A stretch of 57,038 bases of DNA from assembly GCA_002347185.1 (NCBI GenBank), contig DDXK01000102.1, positions 1 to 57,038 on the forward strand, given 5' to 3'. The DNA is from Desulfobulbaceae bacterium UBA2262 (GTDB taxonomy: Bacteria > Desulfobacterota > Desulfobulbia > Desulfobulbales > Desulfurivibrionaceae). Each line of letters begins with the position of its first letter. The stretch's first letter is position 1. The notes under the pieces were generated by a model that was given only the letters and a program-made list of their open reading frames with translations, ran no database searches and was not told the origin of the DNA. A program made the translations under genes and the position numbers. Of this stretch, positions 18,502 through 27,437 are shown piece after piece.

Positions 18502-21072
18502 TTACACCTTCGCCAGACGAGCCCCGACGCTCGTGCTCGCGTCCGACGCCGCGCCGCCGCAACTGACGTTCCACAACCCCGCACTCAGGCCGTTGCTCCA
18601 ACTGCCACCGACGATCGGGAAATACTCGCCAAGGGCAAAATACTGATAATCCGGCGCGGTTGCGTCTGCGTTGCTGGTTGGTCCAGTGTCTCCAATAAAC
18701 ACATCATCGTAGTTGAACCCGGCCCCTACCCCATCCATAAAGGTTGTGGGGTAGATGGTTCCGTCCGCAGCAGCCCGTTTGCGACCGGTATCCACCCAGG
18801 TTTTATTGCCGTTGCGGTCCCACAGGTTAATATAGCCGGTGGTGGGCACGGTCTTCAGACCATCCATCCACTGCCAGACATTCCCCCATAGCCCCACGAT
18901 ACCGCGATAGGTGGCCTGGGCCACATCGGCGGCATCCACATTGGCTGCGCTTGAGGTGCTTACCCGGCCCATTCCGGTTTTCTCCTGGCTGTCCATGGTG
19001 GCGTTTTCCACCAGATACAGCCACTGAATAGCGGACCATTGAAAAATGGACCAGAGCATAAACCCGGTTACCCCACCGGTATTGCGGGCCGCCGCCTCAG
19101 TCTGAAAGGTTGTGAGGCTCTTTGATACTGCAGGCAGTACCCCAGACACTGATTTCAGCTTGGTGCCGTCGGAACTGGCCTGGTATTTGCCGACGTAGAT
19201 CTGATCGATGTCGGCTCCTGCATTGCGGAAAGCCGGGTGGATCTCAAAGCCGGACACCGGCTGATCGCTAACCCACCACGCTTCCTTGCCGGCGTTGACG
19301 CCCGAGGCGATCACCTCCCGCTTATAGTAGAACTTCGGCACCTTGACCATGGCCTGGCCGTCGATGGTCACGTCCTGCATCCCGCCAAAGACCGGGTGGG
19401 CGGCAAAGTAGGCGCTGCCCGGTGCGGCGATGGTGCCGCCGGCCTCGTCCACCCAGACCCAGGTGCCTCCGTCACCGCCGGTGGCAGTGCAGCAGACCCC
19501 GACAATGTTGGCGAACACCTGTTTGGTGGTGATCTTGACTTCCGGCGAATACTCGGACCAGCCCGTGGTCGCGCCCTTATGTCTGGCTCGCAGGAAGTAG
19601 ACCGACTGCCCGGCCGCCAGCACCCCGGCCGGCACCACCTTGCTGAGCAGATTCGCGGCATCCTCGCCAGAATCCCAGTGCGGCAGATCCCAGGCGCCGG
19701 CGGCGGTGCGGATCTGCCACTGGCTGGCGGCATGGGTATCGGTGCCGCCGCTCACCGCGAAGGCCCCGGTTTGCATGGTGGGCTGCTCGACGACATCGAC
19801 GGCGTTGTTGGCAGGGCTCACCAGGGCCGGGGCCTGCACGTAGACGTAGCTGGCCGCGGTGCTGAAGCTGGTGGCGGCCGACCAGGCGGACCAGAGGCCG
19901 GCGACATCCTGCACCCGGGCGCGGAGGTAAAAGGTCGTCCCCTCGGCGAGCACCCCGGCTGGCATGGCGTAGGTAAGCGCAGCGGGCAAATAGCCGGTGT
20001 CGCGCACCAGGCTGGCAAAGGCGGAGTCGAGGGCCACCTGAAACTGCACCGACTGCTGGGCGGTGCCGCCTGGGCTGAAATATCCAGCGATGGCGAGGGT
20101 GGGGGTTTCCATGACCCCGGTCGCCAGATCGGCCGGGGCGGAGACGGTTGGGGCGGAGGGGGCCATGGCCGGGTTGATGTAGCCGCCCAGGCCGGTGGGG
20201 GCGGAAAGCGCCACGATGTGCTGGACCGTCATGTCTTCAGCCGCGACATCGAGCCGCAGGCGGGTCTCTCCTTGAAAGGGGACGATGTACTCATAGTCGG
20301 CCATCCCGGCGGCAATGTCGCCGCCCTGCCGGCGCAGCGACCAGATAACCTCGGTCCAGGCCGTATGGCTGGCATCGCGGAAATAGAGCCGCGCCTCGCC
20401 GCTGTTGAGGCTGCGGCGAACCACCACCGCGCCGCCGGTCTGGTCGTCCTCCAGGATTACCAGGCCGGACAGCCAGATGTTGCCGACGGCCGCCTGGGCG
20501 ACATGGTCGATGCGCGGCATGGAGCAACGGGTCACCACCCCGGCGCCCAGGGTGCGCGGCAGGTTCTGTGAGATCCGGATCCGCTGGGCGCTGAGCTTTT
20601 CGGTCACCAGGACCAGGAAGTCATCCCCGGCGTCGTCCGCCACCACGTAATATTCGCCGGTGCGGATGGCGCTGGTGTCGGCGACATCTATGGAGTCGTC
20701 GCCGCTCACCCCCTGGACGATGGCGACATCCGCCATGTCGATCAGGGTGTAGCCGGGTCGGAACAGCTCGAACTCGATCTTGTTGTCGCGGTAGAGCCAG
20801 TCCAGGCTCACCGCCTGCTGCACGGAGATGGCCGAGGCCTCCTCAAGCGTGCCGGTGATCTCCTCGATGGTGTCGATCCGCGCGCCAAGCGAGGAGGCCA
20901 TGCCCCGAGCCTCCTCCACCTCGTCGGCGAATTGCTTGAGGTAGGTGGTGCGGTTGGCCAGTTGTTTGGCCTGCACGTTGGCGATGCCGTTTTCTCCACC
21001 CAAAACCGGGTCGGTGGTCTCGATCTGGTAGATTCCTTCCTCGTAGACTGAACTCTCTGTCACGTTTGCCAT
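18502..21072 (-). CDS. tail fibre / receptor-binding protein, DGR target (C-terminal CLec/FGE-sulfatase-like fold)
   Basis: 856 aa. It has a P2 gpH-like N-terminus (GIANVQAKQLANRTTYLK), two tandem ~90-aa repeats (..FYLRARVQDVAGLWSAWS.. / ..YFLRARHKGATTGWSEYS..) and a C-terminal WGNVWQWMDG...GGSW motif typical of DGR variable proteins. Confidence 0.85.
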   Translation of the reverse strand: MANVTESSVYEEGIYQIETTDPVLGGENGIANVQAKQLANRTTYLKQFADEVEEARGMASSLGARIDTIEEITGTLEEASAISVQQAVSLDWLYRDNKIEFELFRPGYTLIDMADVAIVQGVSGDDSIDVADTSAIRTGEYYVVADDAGDDFLVLVTEKLSAQRIRISQNLPRTLGAGVVTRCSMPRIDHVAQAAVGNIWLSGLVILEDDQTGGAVVVRRSLNSGEARLYFRDASHTAWTEVIWSLRRQGGDIAAGMADYEYIVPFQGETRLRLDVAAEDMTVQHIVALSAPTGLGGYINPAMAPSAPTVSAPADLATGVMETPTLAIAGYFSPGGTAQQSVQFQVALDSAFASLVRDTGYLPAALTYAMPAGVLAEGTTFYLRARVQDVAGLWSAWSAATSFSTAASYVYVQAPALVSPANNAVDVVEQPTMQTGAFAVSGGTDTHAASQWQIRTAAGAWDLPHWDSGEDAANLLSKVVPAGVLAAGQSVYFLRARHKGATTGWSEYSPEVKITTKQVFANIVGVCCTATGGDGGTWVWVDEAGGTIAAPGSAYFAAHPVFGGMQDVTIDGQAMVKVPKFYYKREVIASGVNAGKEAWWVSDQPVSGFEIHPAFRNAGADIDQIYVGKYQASSDGTKLKSVSGVLPAVSKSLTTFQTEAAARNTGGVTGFMLWSIFQWSAIQWLYLVENATMDSQEKTGMGRVSTSSAANVDAADVAQATYRGIVGLWGNVWQWMDGLKTVPTTGYINLWDRNGNKTWVDTGRKRAAADGTIYPTTFMDGVGAGFNYDDVFIGDTGPTSNADATAPDYQYFALGEYFPIVGGSWSNGLSAGLWNVSCGGAASDASTSVGARLAKV
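18508..18629 (-). repeat. DGR variable repeat (VR)
   Basis: Last ~41 codons of the fibre gene (EYFPIVGGSWSNGLSAGLWNVSCGGAASDASTSVGARLAK). There are 14 mismatches to TR, all at TR adenines. Confidence 0.9.
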
Positions 21073-21084
21073 GGTCGGCTCCTT

Positions 21085-21525
21085 TTAGAAAATGATGGTC
21101 CAGACCCCGTCCAGGGAGAGGTCCGCGTCCTTGTTGATCACGCCGCGCACCTTGCGGGCAAACAGCGTGCCGTCCTCGCAGAGCAGGCCCAGCTCGGCGA
21201 TAGCCAGGCCGTTCGCCTCGCTGATCCCGAGGCTCCAGGCGAACGAGACCCGGCCGGGGGCCGGATAATCGACCGCGGCGAGCGCCCGGCTGTATTGGTT
21301 GGCAAGTGCCGTGTCGTCCGGGGTGGGGCCGGAGCCGTCCGTGCCGAAGCCGATGGCGGCCACGGCCTTGCCGGCCCCCGCCCCGCCGATCAGCATGGCC
21401 ATGGCGGTCTTGGCCGCGACCATGATCATGTTGCGCTCGCGTTGCTCCTCGACCAGCTCGCCGCCCCGCCAGATCCGCAGCAGAAACTCGCCGCGCATCG
21501 CCACCTGCTCGGTGTCCCTCGTCAT
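21085..21525 (-). CDS. hypothetical tail/baseplate-associated protein
   Basis: 146 aa, between gpI-like and fibre genes, ATGA-type coupling upstream; no family recognised. Confidence 0.5.
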   Translation of the reverse strand: MTRDTEQVAMRGEFLLRIWRGGELVEEQRERNMIMVAAKTAMAMLIGGAGAGKAVAAIGFGTDGSGPTPDDTALANQYSRALAAVDYPAPGRVSFAWSLGISEANGLAIAELGLLCEDGTLFARKVRGVINKDADLSLDGVWTIIF

Positions 21526-22532
21526 ATCCTGATCTCCTCTATAGTGTGTACGCCCGCGTAGCTCATCCAGGGCGCGGGGTTGAACGAGCCGTCAAACGCC
21601 CGGGCGCCGTCGTATACCGGGGCGCCGTAGCTCTTGTGGCCGTTGAAAACATAGTGCCTGCGCGCGGCCACCGTCATCCTGGCGTCACGCACCGGCTCCC
21701 CGGTCGCGCCCAGGTCGAGCAGACCGTCATAATCGGCCTGGCCGTCGAAAAGAGCCAGGGCAGCCTGGGTGTCGCTGGCCGTCGCGTGCAACACGGATTC
21801 GGCCCGATCCCAGGCGGTGTCGTAGCGCCGCTCACCGCCCAGGACCAGGGCATGGCTGACAGTGCCGTCAAAGCTGTCCGTGCCGTCATAGACCAGGGCC
21901 CGTCCCGAGTCATGGAGCATGGTCCCGTCGTAGCGTGCCCCCCAGGGCAGCACCTCGGCCTGACCGTCATGGGCCGCCAGCGTCTCCGCCTCGGCCATCT
22001 CGACCAGGTCGCTGACCGTGGCGGAAAAGACAATGGCGGCCAGGTGGCTCCGCTCCGGCTTCCATCTTTCGACATGACGGACCAGCTTGGCGGTCTCCTC
22101 ACGAGAGACGCCCATGGCCTCCCCCAGGTCGAGCCCCACGGAAAACCGCGCCCAGCCGGCGCCGTCTCCGTACCCGTTCGCGCCGCTGTATATCTCCTGG
22201 CCGTCATAGGAGAGCGACGGCAGCCGCTCGCTCAGACTCGCCTCCGCATAGCCGATCGCCCTCAGGCCCTCCTTCACCGCCCAGGGGGTGCCCTTGCGGC
22301 GATGGATGGCGATACTGCGCGCGCAGGCGGCCCTCTTCGCCGCCTCGCTCCAGGAACTGTCCCAGGAGTCAACCGACAGCGCCCAGGCCAGCCAGGGCAA
22401 CGCCTCGGCCGGGCAGGTCGCCGGATCCCACAGGGAGCCGATCGGGCAGGACACCCCGGCGGCCCTGGCAATCGCCTCGGAAAGCGCCCGCTCCTGCGGG
22501 GTGGCGCTCAAGGGGAGCAGATCGTTACCCAT
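21522..22532 (-). CDS. P2 gpI-like tail/baseplate protein
   Basis: 336 aa; N-terminal LLPLSATPQERALSEA...ALPWLAWALSVDSWDSSWSE...IAIHRRKGTPWAVKEGL is the phage tail protein I signature. Confidence 0.8.
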   Translation of the reverse strand: MGNDLLPLSATPQERALSEAIARAAGVSCPIGSLWDPATCPAEALPWLAWALSVDSWDSSWSEAAKRAACARSIAIHRRKGTPWAVKEGLRAIGYAEASLSERLPSLSYDGQEIYSGANGYGDGAGWARFSVGLDLGEAMGVSREETAKLVRHVERWKPERSHLAAIVFSATVSDLVEMAEAETLAAHDGQAEVLPWGARYDGTMLHDSGRALVYDGTDSFDGTVSHALVLGGERRYDTAWDRAESVLHATASDTQAALALFDGQADYDGLLDLGATGEPVRDARMTVAARRHYVFNGHKSYGAPVYDGARAFDGSFNPAPWMSYAGVHTIEEIRI

Positions 22533-23418
22533 CCACCACCCCCGCCTCGGTCACCGTCAGGCTTTGACACCAGGGGGCCTGCCCGGCCCCGACAACGACA
22601 TCGCCCACCGGCGAGGACAACAGCACGTTCTGCACGCCAGGCTGATGCAGGGCGGCATGGAGGCCGCTGATGGTGACGGCCCGACCCAGGGCGTGACTCT
22701 CTGCCACATAGCCCAGAGCGGCCGATTGGGCGGCAGCCAGGACCGTGGAGGCGTCCGGGCCGCTGAACATAGTCAGCCCGGCGGTAACCGTGTAGGGGAC
22801 GATCTCGGCGGCAGCCACGGTGACGGCGTCGCACAAGGGCCGCACCGTCTCCGCCGAAACAGCGGACTCCACCAGGGCCAACAGCTCCTGCGCCGGCGTC
22901 CCGTCGCCAACCGTGGAAAGCACGGTGACCAGCACCTCGCCAGGGGCCGGGCTCGACACCGCCACGTCCTTCACCAGGGCGGAGGCGGAAAGGGTATGGT
23001 ATTCGTAGCTGCCCCGGCTGCCGGCGGTGGTCCATCCCTCCGGAGCCATCTGCACCCGGCGGCGCAGGGCGTCGTCGCTCTCGTAGGTTGGGGCGAGGGG
23101 CGGCAAGGCCACCGGGTCGCCGGGGTCAACGATCAGGCGGACAACCCCATAGAGGGCAGCCAAATGATCGAGATCGGAGCCGGCGGCATAGGCGAGCAGC
23201 ACCGAGCGGGCGGCGTCGTTGATCCGCTGCCGGAGCAGCAGCTCCCGGTAGGCGGCCACCTCCAAAATCTTATAGGCCGGGTCGCTCTCCAGCAGAGCAT
23301 CGAAGGCGGCGTCCCGACTTTGCAGGTCGGCGAGCATGTCGGCCAGGATCGACTCGTAATCCAAAATTTCTACCACGCGCGGGGCGGCGAGCAGCGACAG
23401 GTCAATCGGGGTGCTCAT
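22525..23418 (-). CDS. baseplate assembly protein J
   Basis: 297 aa from ATG 23418 (ATGA overlap with the W stop); ...DPAYKILEVAAYRELLLRQRINDAA... is typical of gpJ. Confidence 0.85.
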   Translation of the reverse strand: MSTPIDLSLLAAPRVVEILDYESILADMLADLQSRDAAFDALLESDPAYKILEVAAYRELLLRQRINDAARSVLLAYAAGSDLDHLAALYGVVRLIVDPGDPVALPPLAPTYESDDALRRRVQMAPEGWTTAGSRGSYEYHTLSASALVKDVAVSSPAPGEVLVTVLSTVGDGTPAQELLALVESAVSAETVRPLCDAVTVAAAEIVPYTVTAGLTMFSGPDASTVLAAAQSAALGYVAESHALGRAVTISGLHAALHQPGVQNVLLSSPVGDVVVGAGQAPWCQSLTVTEAGVVDG

Positions 23419-23750
23419 ATCACTATGCCCTCCAGGGTGATGGGTTTTCCGGTTGGCCGGTAGCGGCCGGTCAGGGTCAGACTTACCCGGCCCGGGCCGA
23501 CGGTATCGGCGCGAACAGTGTCCACCAGCAGCCGCGGCTCCCACTTAATCAGGGCTTCGACGGTGGCGGCGTAGATCTCCACCAGCAGCGCCGGGGTGAG
23601 CGGGCGGTCCACCAGTTCAAAGAGGCGGCTGCCGTAGTCTCGCCGCATCACCCGGCTCCCGAGCGGGGTGGCGAGGATGTCGCGCACGCTCTGGCGCAGG
23701 TGATCGATCCCGGCCAGGCTTTTGCCCGTGGTGGAACTGATGCCGCTCAT
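23415..23750 (-). CDS. baseplate assembly protein W (GPW/gp25 family)
   Basis: 111 aa; GIDHLRQSVRDILATPLGSRVMRRDYGSRLFELVD motif; ATGA overlap with the gpD stop. Confidence 0.85.
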   Translation of the reverse strand: MSGISSTTGKSLAGIDHLRQSVRDILATPLGSRVMRRDYGSRLFELVDRPLTPALLVEIYAATVEALIKWEPRLLVDTVRADTVGPGRVSLTLTGRYRPTGKPITLEGIVI

Positions 23751-24727
23751 GCCGGGTCCTCCTTCGGCGTCTCCGCCTCGATCTCGCAGCTGTACCCGCC
23801 GCCATCCAGACGATGCGCCACCCGTCTGACGCTCCACTCCCCATCGACGCCAGGGCGTAGGCCGGAGAGCGTCAGGCGGCTTTCCGCGGCCAGCCTGGGG
23901 TTGCCGGGGCAGGTCAGGCGCAGGGTGGCCACCCCCCTGGCGAAGGCGGAAAGGCGAGCCTTTGCCGCGCTTGCGGCGGTGGCCTGGTCCGGGTAACGGC
24001 GGCCGAGGGTGAACACCGGCTCACCAGCGCCGGCGGTCACGGTTTGCTCGCTTGCGCTGCCCGGATCGAACCACTTGGCCGTGACGGCCGGATACTTGCC
24101 GCGCTCGGCCACGGTGACCTCCCAGCGGCTGATCTGGCCGGCGGCAAGAGAGACGGCGGGCAGATCCTTGCCGCCGGCGCTTTTGGCTTCGCCCTCGGGC
24201 ACGAAAAGCAGCAGGCCGCCGGCCGGCTTGGCGATGGCGCCCCGGTCCCTGGCCAGCCTGGTCAGGAAGTGCAGGTCGCTCTCGTCCACCTGGTCGAGGT
24301 GGGGGACAACCTCCGCCGCCAGGGCGGCGGCAACCTTCGCCTGGTAGCCGTGTTCCCCGGCGATGCTGGCGACGATCCCCTCAATGTTCAGATTTTCCCA
24401 GGGCCGGGTGCGCGGCTTTTTCAGCCCCTGGCGCAGATCGGCGGCATGGCCGCGGATGACCAGGGCCAGGGGCGGGCCGGAGAGGGAGAGTTCATCCACC
24501 ACATAGCGGCCCATGGCCATCACTCCCGCCTCCCGATACCCGATACTCACGGCCAGCTCCGCGCCGGTGCGCGGCAAAGCAATGGTTCCGCCCCTGTCAT
24601 CCAGGGCAATCTCTACGGTGTCGCTCTCGGTGCCGGCCGCGTCCGTCACCGAGAGGGAGAGCAGGCGGGAGCGGATGGCGGAGGTGATATCGGCGGAGTC
24701 GGCCAGGATGCGGAAGTCGGGCGTCAT
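23747..24727 (-). CDS. P2 gpD-like tail protein (late control D family)
   Basis: About 326 aa from ATG 24727 (MTPDFRILAD...), 4 nt after the gpX stop; ...DESDLHFLTRLARDRGAIAKPAGG... motif. Confidence 0.85.
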   Translation of the reverse strand: MTPDFRILADSADITSAIRSRLLSLSVTDAAGTESDTVEIALDDRGGTIALPRTGAELAVSIGYREAGVMAMGRYVVDELSLSGPPLALVIRGHAADLRQGLKKPRTRPWENLNIEGIVASIAGEHGYQAKVAAALAAEVVPHLDQVDESDLHFLTRLARDRGAIAKPAGGLLLFVPEGEAKSAGGKDLPAVSLAAGQISRWEVTVAERGKYPAVTAKWFDPGSASEQTVTAGAGEPVFTLGRRYPDQATAASAAKARLSAFARGVATLRLTCPGNPRLAAESRLTLSGLRPGVDGEWSVRRVAHRLDGGGYSCEIEAETPKEDPA

Positions 24728-24731
24728 TGCG

Positions 24732-24935
24732 TCAGTCCCACAGCCTGACAACTTTCTCTACCGGAGCGCTCGGCAGCTCCGGCAGCTCGATCACCACCCC
24801 GGCCTCGTACTCCGGACCCAGGCCAGCCAACCCCTGGTTCGCCTCAAGCACCGCCTCGACGGCCCCCTCGACGCGGCCGTAGTGCCGATAACAGATCCAG
24901 TCAAGCAGGTCGCCTTCCCTGGTGCGGTAGCGCAT
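24732..24935 (-). CDS. P2 gpX-like tail protein (LysM-like)
   Basis: 67 aa; MRYRTREGDLLDWICYRHYG...LEANQGLA.. is typical of gpX. Confidence 0.8.
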   Translation of the reverse strand: MRYRTREGDLLDWICYRHYGRVEGAVEAVLEANQGLAGLGPEYEAGVVIELPELPSAPVEKVVRLWD

Positions 24936-24937
24936 GG

Positions 24938-25330
24938 TCACACCTCTTCCCCGTAAGCGGAGAGCTGCATGGTGAACTCGACCCGCTGCGGGTCGCCGTT
25001 GGCGAAGAACACGGTGCGGCCCTCCTCGATGCGCTCGATACACCAGCGGCCCCAAACCATACCCCGCCCATCCACCAGGGAGAGGGGAACGCCACGGCCG
25101 GCCAGCTCCCGCAGCTTCCCGATCTGCGACAGGCCGCCGGCGTAATGCGGGTAAATCACCCCGGATAGAGTGACGCTGTCGGCGCCAGGGCCAACAAATT
25201 GCCGGGCCGGGGCGCGGCCGAGACGTTCCTGCGCGGGCCAGCGGTATTCGCTGGTGCGGCGCAGCGACTCGTAGGCGGCTGTGCTCACCGCAAAACGATA
25301 CGGCCCCAGAGCCAGCATGGTCTCAATCAT
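24938..25330 (-). CDS. P2 gpU-like tail protein
   Basis: 130 aa; MLALGPYRFAV...DSVTLSGVIYP...L..LA..G.PL.LVDG.G.V.G.W gpU pattern. Confidence 0.8.
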   Translation of the reverse strand: MIETMLALGPYRFAVSTAAYESLRRTSEYRWPAQERLGRAPARQFVGPGADSVTLSGVIYPHYAGGLSQIGKLRELAGRGVPLSLVDGRGMVWGRWCIERIEEGRTVFFANGDPQRVEFTMQLSAYGEEV

Positions 25331-27437
25331 GGAGAGCCCCCCGCCGGCGGGCCTCGGCCTGTCGCTCGCGCTCGCTCAGGGCGCGGCTCACCTCTGCGGC
25401 GACCAGCTTCTCGTCCATCCCCGGCGCGGCGTTGATGGTTATGGGCGCGTTGACCGTGCTGGCGGCGGAAACCGGCGCCGGCCGGGGTTGCAGCTGGGCC
25501 GCATCCGTTGGTAGCCCGGCAACGGGGGTGGCGGCAACCGCCGCGCCAAGGGTGGCGGCGGCAACAGCCTGGCGGGCGGGGGCGGCCGTGCGCCCCCTCA
25601 GGTCGCCGACAAAGCCGGCCAGCTTCTGGCCCGCCTTGAAGAGCATCCCCAGGGGGCTCAGCTCCCAGACCTTGGTCAGGAATTTCACCCCGGCACTAAA
25701 CAGCTCCTTGATGGTGCCCCACAACCCCTTGAAAAAGCCGGTGATCGGTCCCCAGAAGGTGATTATCGCGGCCGCGCCAGCCACCACGGCGCCGACCACC
25801 CAGGTCATGGGGTTGGCGAGCAGGGCCGCGTTCCACAACCAGGTAGCCCCGGCGGCGATGGCCATGCCGCCGGCGACGCTGCCGAGGCCGATGGCGAAGT
25901 AGCCGAGCATCGTGCCGATGGCTGGATATTTGTCGATCGCCTCCGCAGCCCATTTCACCATCGGCGCGAGATTGGCCAACACCGCGCTGGCGGCCGGAAG
26001 CAAGGTTTTGCCCAAGACCTCCCCCAGGCGGCCGGCGGCCAGGGTAAAGCCCTTCAGGCTCTCCTTGCCGGTCTTGAGCATGGCCTGGAAGTCTTCGTCA
26101 ACCGCGCCCTTGGCGGAAAGCACACCCCGTTTGATGCGGCCGAACTCTTCGAGATTCTGCAACATCGGGTTCAAAAAGTTGACAACCTGCATATCTCCGA
26201 ACAGCTCGCCAACGCGGAACTTGTCGCCGCCGGTCAGTTCGCCGATCAACCGGATCATCTCTTCCACGGGATTTTGCCCAGCCGCCATGGCGTCTTTCAT
26301 GGCAGCCTCTATATCGACTCCCATCTTCGCGAACCTGGCGACGGTTTCCGGCCTGGTCAGATTGGCCAGGAAGTTTTGGAAGTTGTTTGCGGCCTGCGAC
26401 GGGTCAGAGGCCCCCTTCATGGCGATCTGCAGGGCGCTGCCCAAGGTGGCTATCCCCTCCATGCCGACCAGGCCCAGCGACTTGGCCTGGGCCGTCAACA
26501 TGGGGAAGTATTGGGCCATGTCGCGCAACTCGAAGCTCCCTTCCTTACCGGCCTTGGCCAGCATGTCCATGGCCACCGGCAACTCATCCGGGGAAAGCCC
26601 CATGGCATCAATCAGAGTGAAAGCGGTGGCGGCCAGGTCTCCGATGTTGGCCCCGGATGCGGTCGCCGTCTTGCCGAGGACCCCAAGGGAGGCCACGGCG
26701 CGGTCGGGGTCGAGGCCTTTGGCGGTCAGGTCATTCAGGGCGACGAGCAACTCCCCGGGGGCCTGGTTGGTGACAGCGGAAAGGGCGTTGATCTGTTTCC
26801 GGATCTCGGCCAGCATGTCGTTGGACAGCCCGGCGACGTTGCCGAACATGCGCATTTCGTGCTCGAAATCCATGGCCTGACTGACCAGGCGCCCGGCCCC
26901 ATACACGGCGCCGATGGCGCCAGCGGCCGCGCCCTGCAACTCCCCAAGCCGTTCCCCGGCCGCCGCTTTCTTGTCCATCCTGGCCTGCAGCCGGTCGCGC
27001 TTGGCGTTGGCCTGGTCGACGGCGGCGCCCAGCCTGGCGTACTGCTCGCGGAGTTTGTTCACCGACAAGCCGGCACGGTCCAGCTCAGCCCTCGACGCCG
27101 CCAGGCTGGCCCGTTGCTTTTCCACTGCCGCCCCGAGGCGGAGAGCCTTCCCTTGCGTGTCCGCCAGGGCCCTCGCCAGGCCTTCGTCCCCTGGGGCGCG
27201 GCGCAGAGCCAGTTTCAGCTCCGCGACCCGCCTCTGGGTTTTTTCGAGGGCGAGGCTGGCTTTTGCCAGCGCAGACTCGTCCCGCTCGAACCGCTCCACA
27301 AGGCCGCGCTTGTTCCCCAGCTCTTGTATTTCTCGGCCCAAGGCGCTAAAATGTTCTCTGGCGCCGCCGATCGCGCGGCCGAATGTGCCGCCCAGGGCCG
27401 CGCCGATAACAACACCGATAGCCAGGTCTTTCGCCAT
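25323..27437 (-). CDS. tail tape measure protein
   Basis: 704 aa; Ala/Gly-rich, N-terminal coiled coils, central TP901-type core (..AGKEGSFELRDMAQYFP..) and C-terminal hydrophobic stretches. Confidence 0.9.
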   Translation of the reverse strand: MAKDLAIGVVIGAALGGTFGRAIGGAREHFSALGREIQELGNKRGLVERFERDESALAKASLALEKTQRRVAELKLALRRAPGDEGLARALADTQGKALRLGAAVEKQRASLAASRAELDRAGLSVNKLREQYARLGAAVDQANAKRDRLQARMDKKAAAGERLGELQGAAAGAIGAVYGAGRLVSQAMDFEHEMRMFGNVAGLSNDMLAEIRKQINALSAVTNQAPGELLVALNDLTAKGLDPDRAVASLGVLGKTATASGANIGDLAATAFTLIDAMGLSPDELPVAMDMLAKAGKEGSFELRDMAQYFPMLTAQAKSLGLVGMEGIATLGSALQIAMKGASDPSQAANNFQNFLANLTRPETVARFAKMGVDIEAAMKDAMAAGQNPVEEMIRLIGELTGGDKFRVGELFGDMQVVNFLNPMLQNLEEFGRIKRGVLSAKGAVDEDFQAMLKTGKESLKGFTLAAGRLGEVLGKTLLPAASAVLANLAPMVKWAAEAIDKYPAIGTMLGYFAIGLGSVAGGMAIAAGATWLWNAALLANPMTWVVGAVVAGAAAIITFWGPITGFFKGLWGTIKELFSAGVKFLTKVWELSPLGMLFKAGQKLAGFVGDLRGRTAAPARQAVAAATLGAAVAATPVAGLPTDAAQLQPRPAPVSAASTVNAPITINAAPGMDEKLVAAEVSRALSERERQAEARRRGALHD

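Noticed and set aside
17923-18891. Plus-strand ORFs 17923..18273 and 18325..18891 that share the peptide ...RQTSPD.RARVRR...DVPQPR.Q.V.P.ATDDREIL.
   Set aside because: The shared peptide is simply the TR/VR repeat read on the wrong strand. They are not paralogous genes.
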